From contig JBLWGC010000140.1 of NCBI GenBank assembly GCA_048772705.1, positions 186,001-250,000 of the forward strand: a stretch of DNA of 64,000 bases. Reading direction: 5' to 3'. The notes beneath the pieces are model-generated. The model was not told the origin of the DNA. It saw only the letters and a program-made list of their open reading frames with translations, and made no database searches. The stretch comes from Leidyana gryllorum EB-2025a (taxonomy: Eukaryota; Protista; Apicomplexa). Below, piece after piece: positions 27,462-38,011 of the stretch (positions are counted from its first letter, which is position 1; the number at the start of each line of letters is the position of its first letter). The translations under genes were made by a program, and so were the position numbers.

Positions 27462-29150
27462 CTAACGGGCTCTGGCGTTTTTGAGGAAGCTGCTGAAATC
27501 GAAGCCCAAACCGCCGCCGCCTGCTCCTGTTTCAGCGCCACTGGCAGCACTTTCGGCCCCGGTTGCTGCTGAGCCGAGACTACTTTCGGCGGCTGAGGAA
27601 CCCATACTGCTTTCGGCGCCGCTTGCCATACTACTTTCGGCACCATCGAGGGCCTCCTTTTCCTTCTTTTCAAATTCCTCCTTCATTTCCCGCTTCTCCT
27701 GCTCGAACTTTTGGGTTTGTTTCTCGAGTTCGGCTTGTAGTCGCTTGTTATAATCCGCTTCTTCCTGCCGTTTCATCTTGGCTGCTTGTTCCTCCTGAGC
27801 TCTCTTTCTCGCCGTTTTGTCAAAGAGACCTGCCAACACGGAAGCCTTGTTTCCGTCATTCTGGCCCCGCAGATTCGCCAGTGAGGCGAATCCTTTGAAT
27901 TTCGGAGCAGCAGAGGGTGCTGATGGGCCGGCTGGTCCACGAGCGACAGGTCTTCCACCACCTTCGGCACCCTCCGAGCTATATGTCTCACTGTTGGCCT
28001 CGTACGAGCCATAGTCGGATGAACCTTCTTGGCCTTCCTGCTGAGCGGCGGGTCTTGGTGCGTAAGCACGTTGCATTGGCATTTGTTGTTGTGCCATGGC
28101 GACTTGGGGTTGGATGAGGTATGCGTATTGTTGTGGTACGGGGCGCGCTTCAGCAAAGCCGTTGAGACCGCGTTCCACAAGATATCGACCGAGAGTCTCG
28201 CGATTCATTGGCTCGAACTGTGTGATCTGCCGATCTTCAATACCGACCTCCTCCAAATCTTTGGGATCAAATCTCGCACTGAATGGGTTTCTGACAGTTT
28301 TATCCTCCTCACCATTCTCTGGTGTCCCCTCCTCGCCGCCATTCAACCCCGTCGGTATCAAAGACTGCGCCAGCACCCGGGCTCGGCCTATAGCGTGCAA
28401 TCCCAGAGGCTCCACCTGCAGCCGTCTCTTGAATGGAATTGGGGCGGTATTCAGGAATATATTGGTCAACTGCGAGGAAGCCTGACGTTCGCCACGGGTG
28501 AGTTGAGGTTGACTCAGAGCGAGACATCCTGCGGTGGCCATACTGAGAGCGACAAACATCTGCTGATTCGAACTCAGAGGCTCTCGTCGACTCAATGTTA
28601 ACATCACTTGATTCCAGGCATCTTCTGCAGCATTGGTTAAAGTTAACTTCTCAGCTATGGTGACGAAATCGTCGACCTTTGTGTCAATACCGGTCAAAGA
28701 GAGTAGTTTTGACTCGGGAATCTGCGCTCCCAACTCAGAGACCCACGCTATGGGATTCGTTATATTCAGCTGGGGCGGTGGTAATCTGTTGTTTAAAGCC
28801 TCAACTGCAGCAGCTTGGACAGCTGCTACTTCCCTGGCACGGATCTCTGGCAACTTCGCCAGGTGGTTCACATGTTTGATGGCCGTTTGAGACGCATCCC
28901 CGTACCCAAAAAGCGTCGAGACTTTGCCAAAGTTCGCCCTCGAATACTGTTTGATCTTCCCATCCTTTCTCAATAAGTTTTCCAACTCATCGACCTTGTC
29001 GTCTGCCAACAGAAACCACGCAGAGTCTGGCACCTCGTTGACTGTGCTGGTCACTGGCAGAGCAAACGTATATAAGATTTCATGAGCTAACGATGGGATC
29101 GCTGCCCACTGAGAGCCTTTGACATCTCTCCCGCCATTCGGCAGTCGCAT
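27462..29150 (-). CDS. Intronless hypothetical protein with C-terminal coiled coil and AESS repeats
   Basis: ~560-codon ORF with first ATG at 29150. No family recognised. Confidence 0.75.
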   Translation of the reverse strand: MRLPNGGRDVKGSQWAAIPSLAHEILYTFALPVTSTVNEVPDSAWFLLADDKVDELENLLRKDGKIKQYSRANFGKVSTLFGYGDASQTAIKHVNHLAKLPEIRAREVAAVQAAAVEALNNRLPPPQLNITNPIAWVSELGAQIPESKLLSLTGIDTKVDDFVTIAEKLTLTNAAEDAWNQVMLTLSRREPLSSNQQMFVALSMATAGCLALSQPQLTRGERQASSQLTNIFLNTAPIPFKRRLQVEPLGLHAIGRARVLAQSLIPTGLNGGEEGTPENGEEDKTVRNPFSARFDPKDLEEVGIEDRQITQFEPMNRETLGRYLVERGLNGFAEARPVPQQYAYLIQPQVAMAQQQMPMQRAYAPRPAAQQEGQEGSSDYGSYEANSETYSSEGAEGGGRPVARGPAGPSAPSAAPKFKGFASLANLRGQNDGNKASVLAGLFDKTARKRAQEEQAAKMKRQEEADYNKRLQAELEKQTQKFEQEKREMKEEFEKKEKEALDGAESSMASGAESSMGSSAAESSLGSAATGAESAASGAETGAGGGGLGFDFSSFLKNARAR

Positions 29151-29180
29151 TATTTTTATTTTGCCACTCAAAACAAAAAG

Positions 29181-30678
29181 TTACTCCCAAGCATCTTTTT
29201 TGCCCTTTCCCCGCAAGCGCCAAAAAACATACACAGAAGCACCCAGCAATAATCCCAGACTGCCCAACGTGCTCGAAACACTGTAGGATGACGGCATACT
29301 GTCAAACCCCTACAACCAAAATTTGCACACACGGAGACACGGAACACACAAACATCACGCAATTTGTGGACACATAGATCTTACTTGTGCTGGTCGGTAA
29401 ATCACGCTTTCCGTCAGACTCTCGCTGATAATTTGGCATTCCGTTGCACTCTCCCGATGAGTTGGAATGCACTCGAAACTCCAAATTGGTCCGTTCTGTG
29501 GAGTAGTCAGGTCACAAGCCGATCACCTCCTCACACAACCCACCTGATAGTGTTCGATAAAGTCGACCGGCTGGAATTCCAGATAGCTGTCATATGGAGG
29601 CACGTCATTGTCCAGCATCGTTCCCATTCCATCTTGATCAGCGTTTGCAGCGTCCGCTAGCGGAGGAGGGATCGGGCGTCGGGCGCTGAGCAGTTTGGGT
29701 GGAATGGCGCTGAGAAGGCCGGTCTCAGTGGATACAGCAACCAATGTTTGGGGAGTGATCCAGGCGTTGGTGTGAGTGAAAGCCACGGCATCGAAGGATG
29801 CGGTACCGAGACTGAACGTTTCATCAAAAATCACCAAACCCTCCACCGACTCTTCGGCGTCTTCAGTGGGGGGCACCAGAGTCGGTTTGTTACTGCTCGA
29901 CTTTGGCAGCCAACTGGCCAGTCGGTCTGTTTGGAATAGAGAGTTAGTGTGGGCTGAACGGTCGCCAGACGGGCTTACTTTGCTTCTTGTGGGAGGAGAA
30001 GACTTCGGTCAATCGAAGTTCCATTCGACGGTCTCTAACATTCTCGTAGATGACAGCGATGCGGTTTCCTTCCATAAGCAAATGGTCGACTGATCGCGCG
30101 TCCTCTGGAAGCAGTTGGCGATAGACAATATCCCCATTTTCCATATCCAGCAGAGAGACACTGAGACGCTTCGATGCCTTTTCTTCTGTAACGATAGCAG
30201 CCACTCCATTGAGACAGAGCCCTTGGAGGATAGACTCATCTTTTCGCTTCCGCGTCACCCTCATATTCGAGCAGTCAGCATAGGGCCGTGCGAAAGCTGT
30301 GAAGAGGATTTGGGGTGAGTGTGTCCATGGACGGCCGAAGGATGCACCGTTGGCGCGGAAATATCATTACTCACCCACGATATTATCAAACTGCAATTGC
30401 CAGAACGGCGTAACGGAAGCCATGTGTTTGTCGGGGTTGAGACTCAATTGATAGCTGCCCCATACGGTGCGAGTGATGGGTCCTGTGACTCTGTGAACAT
30501 TGGTGTCCTGGGTGTGTGGACCGCTAAAGCCAAAGTATGGTATCTCGTTTGTGGAAGCAGATGCGAGGGCGTTGCGGGAGACTGCGAAACCCTCGAGGAA
30601 GCACAGAATATCGTCAATATTGCCCTGTGACAGGACTTGGGACGCCTCAGTCAGCAACGGGGCTGCACAAACAGACAT
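29181..30678 (-). CDS. EMC1: ER membrane protein complex subunit 1-like (C-terminal region plus TM only), multi-exon
   Basis: THTNAWITPQTL..IPPKLLSARRP..PPYD..FIEHYQ, PTHRES, GFDSMP, then a TM segment and the terminal KKDAWE*. Confidence 0.7.
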
Positions 30679-30713
30679 CCTCCGGGTTTTGGTGCGCAAA
30701 AAAGAAGCTACAA

Positions 30714-32133
30714 CTACCGCTGTTCTTCGACTTCAGCCTGTTATATGTAAGACAGAGATCATATCACATCAGCCACTCTGCCCCATTACTCACCCTTATT
30801 GGGTCAAAAAACGGGTGCTGCATCGCTTCCTGTGGAAGGATGCGCTGCGTGTGATCGTATACGAGCATCTTGTCAATCAGATCGATAGCATCACCAGACG
30901 CCAAATGGTGATTCTCAGGTTTAACAAATGCAGTCCAAGGCTTCCGTGGATATCTGTTTGGAGGCCGAGACTAATCACAAGACGCACGCCGCCAGAACTC
31001 ACCCTTCCAAAGTGTGCTCGTCGTAGTGACTGTCGAGCTGCAGCTTGTACTTGTCCACATAGGCGAAAAGACCCTCAGAACCTGCAGCAGAGAAGACTTG
31101 AAGAGGCAAACGCTGCGGATAGCCTCCACTCACCCATCACCTTTGCAATCTTCACCAGTTGATCGTAATTGTCATGACCGTAAAAGAAGGGCTCACGCTT
31201 GAAAACCTGCGAATCAAGAGAGATCAATTTGAGTGTGACACGGGGTAAATTTCGAGGCGCAAGCGGTGAAACTGGCATCTGACGGCACAAACACACACAC
31301 ACACGGTATGGCGCACTCACACACATTACGGCGCACTCACACACATTACGGCGTACTCAGACACAGCACACACAGCACACACTCGCTGGAGATACAGGTA
31401 GGGTGTAACCGAAACTTACCAGGCCAGCAAGGACGCAGCCTAGAGACCAAATGTCTAGTGAATAGTCGTATAGTTGGAGGTCGACAAGGAGTTCGGGTCC
31501 TTTGTAATAGCGTGAGGCAACCCGGACATTGTATTCGCGTCCTGGGTGGTAGAACTCGGCGAGTCCCCAGTCAATTAGGCGAAGTTTGCGATTAGCATGA
31601 TCAATCATGACGTTATGGGGTTTAACGTCTCTGTGCATGATTCCTCTGGAGTGGCAGAAGTCGAGTGCCCTGAGTATTTGATAGATATAATAGCGTATGT
31701 CATAGCCACTGAGTTTAGGGTAGAGTGTCTTGAAGTCGACATTATTGACCTTCTCGGTGATGAGGCTGGGAGTTCTACTGACGGGGTCTTTTACAATGTC
31801 AATGAGCTCGACGATGTTGGGTCCTCCTCGAAGGTTCTGCAGGATCTTTATTTCCCGCTTGATTTTCTTCTTCTTGACGGGTTTGAGGATTTTCACGACA
31901 CACGGCCGTTCGGTACCACCCCGCAGACAGACTGCATCAAAGACTTCCGAGTACTTTCCGCGCCCGATTTTCTTGATGACCTCGAAATCCGTCGGAGCGC
32001 TCCATTGCACTGGTGCATTCTCGTAGTCCCAATACTCCCGCGGCATCTGCTCATTGACGTTTGCGTAGTACCGAGGCAGAGGGACTGGTGCCCCGCCCGC
32101 CGTGCGAGGGGTCTGCAAGGTGTTGTACTCCAT
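30714..32133 (-). CDS. CK2A: Casein kinase II catalytic subunit alpha, multi-exon
   Basis: [66 protein letters not shown]. Last exon AEVEEQR*. Confidence 0.97.
31285..31385. repeat. Intronic (CA)n and ~20-nt ggcgcactcacacacattac tandem repeat
   Basis: Seen directly inside the long CK2 intron. Confidence 0.8.
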
Positions 32134-32162
32134 AAACTCCGCCAAAAAAGAAAAGACTATTT

Positions 32163-33987
32163 ATGAATGAACTTGAGCGCCTCCAGAAGCGCCTCGATGT
32201 TGCAGAGAAGAAGGCCGCTCGGCTCAAGGAGATAGCCATTCAGGCCAAAGTATTGGAAAAGGAGCGCGATGCCGTTCTCAATCTATTGTTAACCCGTCTG
32301 CCAGACACTCAAACACCACCATATACATTGCTCACTGCTGTGCAACACTTGCTGCTGCTCGACACACACTCGACTGTCACTCAACAACAAGAGGGTGCTG
32401 CTGCTATTAAAGAAGGAGACGGCCACTCATCAATCCCAACACCGCCGTCTCCTTCGGCCCCTCCCGAGAAAAGGAGACCCCAACTATCAGTGGCAAAGCC
32501 GATCTCTCTATCCATCACCGCCACTGCGACGCCCTCCCCACCCTCCTCTCCCTCGGATTTGGTCACACGCTTGCAGTCAGAGACGGCTCGTCTCAAAGAA
32601 GAAGCGGTAGTGACCAAACAGAACTTCCAGACGATTCTGGATGTAAAGGAACAGGAACTCGATAGTTTACAGTCCACCAATCGGGCGATCAAAGCCGAGT
32701 TTGACAACACTGCCCGCCTCAATAAACAATTGAACGATCACATATCCTTCCTCGAAAACGAGCTCGCCATACGCAAACTCGAAGTCGAGCGTGCCAACGA
32801 GGCCAATCGGCTCGCCCAAGATGAGATCGTCACTCTCAAACAAGCGGCCCTCGTTCTCCCGTCTCCCGGATATCTAACTGCTCTCGACCTGTCCACAGAC
32901 TCTCGTCAAAACTCTAAACAGACTCAAGCAACCGACTCGGCGGCCGCATTAGGAGAGCCGTCTCCTCAATATGAGGGAGGAGGAATAAGTCCCCCGACTA
33001 TGGAGAGGCGCCAGGGCTCCGATGCCGCTGCTAAAAATGACGTCTCAGTCCCAACAATGCGCCCTCCGTCTACGTTGGCTAAGCATCTCATCTCGGTTTA
33101 CTTGGAGCCCTCGGCCGCCGCCTCACCGGCCGTCTCCTCCTCCTCAGACTCGGCTGTGATGACACGCAGTGATCCCGCGCCCAACGGGGGGGTGCCGACT
33201 ATACTCTCGTCGCTCCCGAGTTCCACTCCGACGTCGAGCGCTGCCGAAGGCGAGTCTGGAATGGTCTCTGTCAGATCACTGGACCATCTCCCGTCTCAGA
33301 CGGAGACGGTGGCCGATATACGAAGTCAGCTCCAAAAGGTGAGACTCTTTGAGGCGGACTATCGATCTTTATCGCTTTCCAGCTGGAAGCAGTGCTGAGA
33401 GCTAAAAATGTGGTGATAGAAAAGCTAAATCGACGCATCAGGAATCTCGGTGAGTCAAAGTAAAGAAGAAAGCAGTAAAGTCACTCCCCAACAAGTCAAC
33501 AAATCACTCCCCAACAAGTCACTCCCCAACAAGTCACTCTTCTCCCCCCCCCCTTTTCATTTGCCGCTCGCCTGCAGAATCGGAAGACGCGATTGATGTG
33601 ACAGTGAAGCGAATGGCGGAGAGAGAGATGCGGTACGAGAGAGAGGTGGGTCGGCTGAAGTTAGAGGGAGAGCGGTATCGATCTCAAGTGAATCGGTTGA
33701 AAATGGAGTTAGAGGCGTATCGGTCGGTCAGCGGCGAGTGTGACAATGATATTACTGAGGGCGGCAGTGGGGAGGCATCTTCTTCATCGGCTGGCGGGGG
33801 GGTTATGAATGTGGTAGATTTTCGATATCTACAGCGCGTTGTGCCTCAATATCTGTTAATGGAGAAGCGGGGTGAGCAGCAGATGGCGACGGCTTTGCTG
33901 CCGGTGATCTGTGCGTTGCTGAGAATCCCTGGGGAAAGTGTTAAAGAGATTCTGGCTGGGCAGAAAATCCCTCTGCCCCGTTTTTGA
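32163..33987 (+). CDS. Coiled-coil golgin with C-terminal GRIP domain
   Basis: Heptad-rich ORF plus last exon DFRYLQRVVPQYL...ALLPVICALLRI (GRIP-like). Introns near 33339-33382 and 33450-33577. Confidence 0.75.
33478..33540. repeat. Intronic aagtcactccccaac repeat (3-4 copies)
   Basis: Seen directly. Confidence 0.8.
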
Positions 33988-34020
33988 AAACCACACATCT
34001 CCTGTTTGTTGTTGCTGCCA

Positions 34021-35655
34021 ATGTTTAGATCACCGCCAACAGTACCGAGCTGCGAGATCGCGCCGTCTGTTAGTGGGGGAGGGCAAGAGAGTGAAGATTC
34101 TATAACGACTGTGTTGAGACGCAACTGGCTCAAAATCATGCCAGATGAGTTACGGATGGAGATCATATCGTATCTGGGAGATCCCTTGGATATATTGGGA
34201 GCCATTTACGGCCTCCATCCGGAATCTCTGAGACTTCAGCGTCAGTCATCATCTTCTGCGACTACCAGACTTTCGAGACCAATACCTCTCAGCCCCTCCG
34301 AGTACAAGCATTTGGCCCTCCTATGGACCCGAAGGACTGTGGCTGATAAGTGGTGGCGCGGGAGACCTGTTGTCGACAATACCCACAACGTCCCTCCGCC
34401 AACAATAACAATACTTCACTCCCCCTACGGCCGGGAGATAAAGACTTTAGATCAACAAGACTTGGACGGAGACGAGAATGAGCCGGAGTCTCCGTCTTCG
34501 TCTTCGCTGCCATCGTGTGTGGTTAGACTTTATATCTGTGAACGACGACTGTGTCGCGAGATCAATGATGGACGTTGGCGTCTACCTCGCACGGACCTCC
34601 CGACAGTGTTTGTCGCGGTCATGACGTGGATAGGACGATTCTTGCGAATGATTGAATCTCACATTGGGGGCATTAAAATCAAGAAATCAGTCGAGTTGAG
34701 TTTGGTTCTTTTGCGACGAATGCGGACGCTAATACCCGCCGAATTGATTCTGCAAACTTGTCGACGCCAGCTTCAACCTCTTCTGACCGAACTTGAGATC
34801 AGAGACACCCCTGTCCCAAAAGTTGCCGTCTCTGTCGACTCGAGTTCAACTGCATCGACACGACAGTATCCCTCGCAACACAAAGTGTTTGCGTCTCAAT
34901 CGTCGTTGGGGAGTCTCCAACGACGGTCGTACGGCGCCGAATACAGTCGTGTGGGTGCTCATCGCGGCAGTTTGAGTACGGGCACAGCAGGGGGGTCGGT
35001 TGGGGCTCTGTCAGAGTCCTTGTCGTCGTCTGGTATATCTCTCGACGGGACTATCAGTTCAGATGAGGATTTCGACGAGGACGACGATTTCCATCAAGGC
35101 GGTGCTTGGCTGGCGGCACGTCACTATCAGTATCTGGAAGGTGTAAAGCACCTGGCCTTTATGGTCAGAGACAATGACCCGTTACTGCGGGTGGTTGCGC
35201 AGAGTCAATGGGACTCACTCGAGTCCATAGAGTTACACACAATGTTCAATGTGGGCGGTTTGCGCACGGGAAACGGCTTATCGTATTTGTTGGACGCTAT
35301 CAGTAACGTTCCTAATCTGGTGGTCGAGATCTATCTCGATCCGCGGGGAGACGCCCCAGTGACTTGGAAAAGAGCCATCAGCTTGTTGACGCACGGATCG
35401 TCTGTCAAAGTGTTTCTGGGGGCTGCAGGGATCTCTGTCGATATGGTGGAACGCGCACTCAAGGATCCAAGTGGTAACACCGCTGTTTTGGACTACATAG
35501 AGTTCCTGGCGGAGAGTGTGAAAGGCTTCGTTCCCGACCACAATCACCAGGTAGAGCTCGGCTACTTTCTCTGTCGCAAAGATGAGCCCTCTCCCCCGCC
35601 CAACCCACTCCTCCGACCCCACTATTACTCTTTCACCAAAAGATTTGCCACTTAG
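34021..35655 (+). CDS. F-box-like protein
   Basis: N-terminal LKIMPDELRMEIISYL matches the F-box consensus. Intronless ORF. Confidence 0.6.
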   Translation: MFRSPPTVPSCEIAPSVSGGGQESEDSITTVLRRNWLKIMPDELRMEIISYLGDPLDILGAIYGLHPESLRLQRQSSSSATTRLSRPIPLSPSEYKHLALLWTRRTVADKWWRGRPVVDNTHNVPPPTITILHSPYGREIKTLDQQDLDGDENEPESPSSSSLPSCVVRLYICERRLCREINDGRWRLPRTDLPTVFVAVMTWIGRFLRMIESHIGGIKIKKSVELSLVLLRRMRTLIPAELILQTCRRQLQPLLTELEIRDTPVPKVAVSVDSSSTASTRQYPSQHKVFASQSSLGSLQRRSYGAEYSRVGAHRGSLSTGTAGGSVGALSESLSSSGISLDGTISSDEDFDEDDDFHQGGAWLAARHYQYLEGVKHLAFMVRDNDPLLRVVAQSQWDSLESIELHTMFNVGGLRTGNGLSYLLDAISNVPNLVVEIYLDPRGDAPVTWKRAISLLTHGSSVKVFLGAAGISVDMVERALKDPSGNTAVLDYIEFLAESVKGFVPDHNHQVELGYFLCRKDEPSPPPNPLLRPHYYSFTKRFAT

Positions 35656-35692
35656 TATTTAGAGCCACTGGACAGATACACGACTTTTGTAA

Positions 35693-36846
35693 TTATATAT
35701 GCAGTACTCCGAAAAACGCATGGAAACCACTGGCCACCATATTCCCATCCAATAGAAATGCCCGTCGCCAGAACGTTATCACATACGAAAAGACCGGAGT
35801 CTGCATCAACCGAAGGGGTCGTCCAGTTTTTGTACAATAAACAAGAGAGATAGAGAGAGACTCACCGTAGTCCCTATCACATAGATCAGACCGAAAGTCA
35901 CCAATGCCATCGTTCGCGGATTCCAACGACTCGCCCCCAACCATCGCTTCAGCCAACACGTGGGGGACAGATAGGGACTCACCACTCCCCAACCTGACGC
36001 GAGATTCAGTATAACGGGGAGGGGGCGGACTCACCGTCGAGTGGAGGTAAGGGCACCAGATTCAGCACACAGGCCATCCCCTGTAGCACAATTAAAACAC
36101 TCCAAGCTTTTCCGGTGCTGCCGCGTAGAGCCCAGTCACTCCGGGCAAAGAGCTTTGAAAAGAAGGCTGCGACGCAGACAGAGTATCAATTGGCACAGCC
36201 ACTTCAATTCAAAGCTCACTGAGACTGGCGAGGAGCACTCGGAGAGCGATGGCGAAAAGCAGATTGTTGAGAGGGCCCGCGATGGCCGTCATAGCTTCCC
36301 ATTGCCGGGACCTCAGATTTCCGGTTTGTACCAAAACAGAACCACCCGGGAGGGCAATACCGCCGAGGATAAGGAGTAATACGGGTAATATCAGCGACAT
36401 GACGGGATCCATATACAGAAGAAAGTTCAAAGTGAGGTACCCGCGAGCCAGAACCGATTGGTCACCTCCCCAATAAGCGCTGAGAGCGTGACCGTATTCA
36501 TGAAACGTTAAAGACAGAATCCATCCGGCCACCACAATTAGCCACAGCAACAGCTGAGAAGCAACAAGTCGATGGGTCCGTCAGCCAGCGGAACTTACAG
36601 CTGACCCAAAGTATACCCCGACAATCGACCACACGCCGAACAGTGACACTAAGAGTATGAAGGCCAGACTAACAGCCTTTTGTTTCGATCGACTCTCGAC
36701 ATTTTGAAGCTCCAAGTCTACGCTGGGCTGCCTCCACAGCATCTTTTGGATCAGTGCCCATTTTTTGTCCACGCCCACACAGATCGATACACAATCATCA
36801 CAACTCACCCGCCGGGAGGGGGGGGTTCAACTCCCCTCTGAGACAT
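35693..36846 (-). CDS. Site-2 protease / peptidase M50 family membrane metalloprotease, multi-exon
   Basis: TFHEYGHA (HExxH), AGPLNN, and NLVPLPPLDG in a downstream exon; several TM segments. Start approximate. Confidence 0.88.
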
Positions 36847-37040
36847 AACGGCCCAAAAAATCGATCACAACTGATACTGTCAGCAGAAAGTCAGCATCAA
36901 TTTTTTGTCTTCATCCTTCTCACTCATCGAGCCTTTCACTAACCGAGCAGTTGATTGGCCACTCCCCCATTCCCGCGATTGGGCTTTGGCACCTTCGCCC
37001 CGCCCCGCCCCCTCCCCTCCCTCACAGCGCATTGCTTCGC

Positions 37041-37141
37041 ATGATGACAACCTATGCACGCGGAGTCTCGTCTAATGGTAAAGTTCGTGTGAACCGAGCC
37101 ATTGGATAGGACGGTGACTGGCGAAGGATTATGAGATCTGA
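37041..37141 (+). ncRNA. Box C/D snoRNA, SNORD97-like guide for Cm34 of elongator tRNA-Met(CAU)
   Basis: C box ATGATGA 37041, D box CTGA 37138. Guide GGATTATGAGA pairs with UCUCAUAAUCC and the D+5 rule lands on C34. Internal hairpin tctaatgg/ccattgga. Confidence 0.8.
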
Positions 37142-37159
37142 GACAATTTGTGTGTGACT

Positions 37160-37293
37160 GAGGCTGCTGGCGTTCCATCACGTGGCTCTTCCAGCCCGCG
37201 TGGGGGGTCATAAAGCAGCCAGACCGACTCGTTGCCTGCTCGAGGTCTCTTCCCCACCAATGGAGGTCGACCTCTTCTAGGCTTCGGACATTC
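37160..37293 (+). ncRNA. Box H/ACA snoRNA, copy A (LSU UUAUGAC-U-G-AACGCC pocket)
   Basis: Two hairpins (ggctgct/agcagcc; gcct/aggc with gaggtc/gacctc), H-like AGACCG, ACA at 37288. Paralog at 38114. Confidence 0.75.
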
Positions 37294-37310
37294 CCTCCTG
37301 AATGCGTGTC

Positions 37311-37440
37311 TCTGCCAGCGTCGCTAATCTTCACTCGCTACAATGGGGTGAAGATTGGTACGCTTGGCGACATTGATTGGTTGCCTCTTCCATGCGCTGA
37401 CCGCCCCGTCCGGCGCCAGGGCCCACCGGTTACCTACATC
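37311..37440 (+). ncRNA. Candidate H/ACA-like two-hairpin RNA
   Basis: Near-perfect hairpin gccagcgt-gctaatcttcactc/gggtgaagattggt-acgcttggc, a second hairpin with gcgctg/cggcgc, ending ACAtcc. H box non-canonical. Confidence 0.4.
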
Positions 37441-37452
37441 CTGCGTGCAAAT

Positions 37453-37517
37453 ATGATGACAACACATCCGCCTTGCTGAGGCTCCGGCCTTTGAGGGTAC
37501 TGTTGTAATGAGACTGA
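37453..37517 (+). ncRNA. Box C/D snoRNA, SNORD57/snR51-like guide for SSU Am99/Am100
   Basis: C box 37453, D' CTGA 37476, D CTGA 37514. Guide ACTGTTGTAATGAG pairs with SSU CUCAUUA(C)AACAGU, and D+5 is the A of CUCA. Confidence 0.75.
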
Positions 37518-37538
37518 TCAATATTCCACGAATCCTGT

Positions 37539-37588
37539 GTGATAATCAATGGATCCCAGTGCCCTTCACTGTTCACCACCTTCTCTGA
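37539..37588 (+). ncRNA. Candidate minimal C/D guide RNA
   Basis: Degenerate C box GTGATAA, D box CTGA 37585. GTTCACCACCTT is complementary to LSU-like AAG(G/A)UGGUGAAC. Only 50 nt long. Confidence 0.3.
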
Positions 37589-37620
37589 CCCCGCCACCCG
37601 ACCCAATCCTCGTCCCACAA

Positions 37621-37690
37621 ATGATGATTCCAAGTTGCCGCCCCAGTCTGACATTTCTCTGACTGAAAAGGCAAATGCAGTAATTTCTGA
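37621..37690 (+). ncRNA. Box C/D snoRNA SNORD31/snR67-like, copy 1
   Basis: ATGATGA...CCGCCCCAGT-CTGA...TGACTGAAAAGG...TTTCTGA. Guide pairs with the LSU P-loop ACUGGGGCGG and D'+5 is the E. coli G2251 equivalent. Confidence 0.9.
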
Positions 37691-37720
37691 TCTCAACCTA
37701 TTGATTCCTCTCCCCAATTT

Positions 37721-37745
37721 CACACACACACACACACACACACAC
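37721..37745. repeat. (CA)n microsatellite between snoRNA copies 1 and 2
   Basis: Seen directly. Confidence 0.9.
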
Positions 37746-37775
37746 TCTATTTCTCTTCCCTTTTTCGGTATTCAG

Positions 37776-37845
37776 ATGATGATTACAAGTTGCCGCCCCA
37801 GTCTGACATTTCTCTGACTGAAAAGGCAAAAGCAGTAATTTCTGA
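37776..37845 (+). ncRNA. Box C/D snoRNA SNORD31/snR67-like, copy 2
   Basis: 70-nt near-identical copy with intact boxes and guide. Confidence 0.9.
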
Positions 37846-37895
37846 TCGAATTTTGTCTCCACTTCCCGTTTCAGATTGTGTCCACTGTCCCACAA

Positions 37896-37965
37896 ATGAT
37901 GATTACAAGTTGCCGCCCCAGTCTGACATCTCTCTGACTGAAAAGGCAAATGCAGTAATTTCTGA
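37896..37965 (+). ncRNA. Box C/D snoRNA SNORD31/snR67-like, copy 3
   Basis: 70-nt near-identical copy with intact boxes and guide. Confidence 0.9.
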
Positions 37966-38011
37966 TCCAACTTGTGTGTCTGTTCTGTCTTGATGTGAGG
38001 TGGTGTCTCGA

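Noticed and set aside
35652-35837. ORF whose stop overlaps the F-box stop, as the last M50 exon
   Set aside because: The splice-consistent frame ends at 35693 instead.
37667-37675. AAAAGGCAA complementary to U5 loop I
   Set aside because: It is only 9 nt and is not positioned next to a D or D' box.
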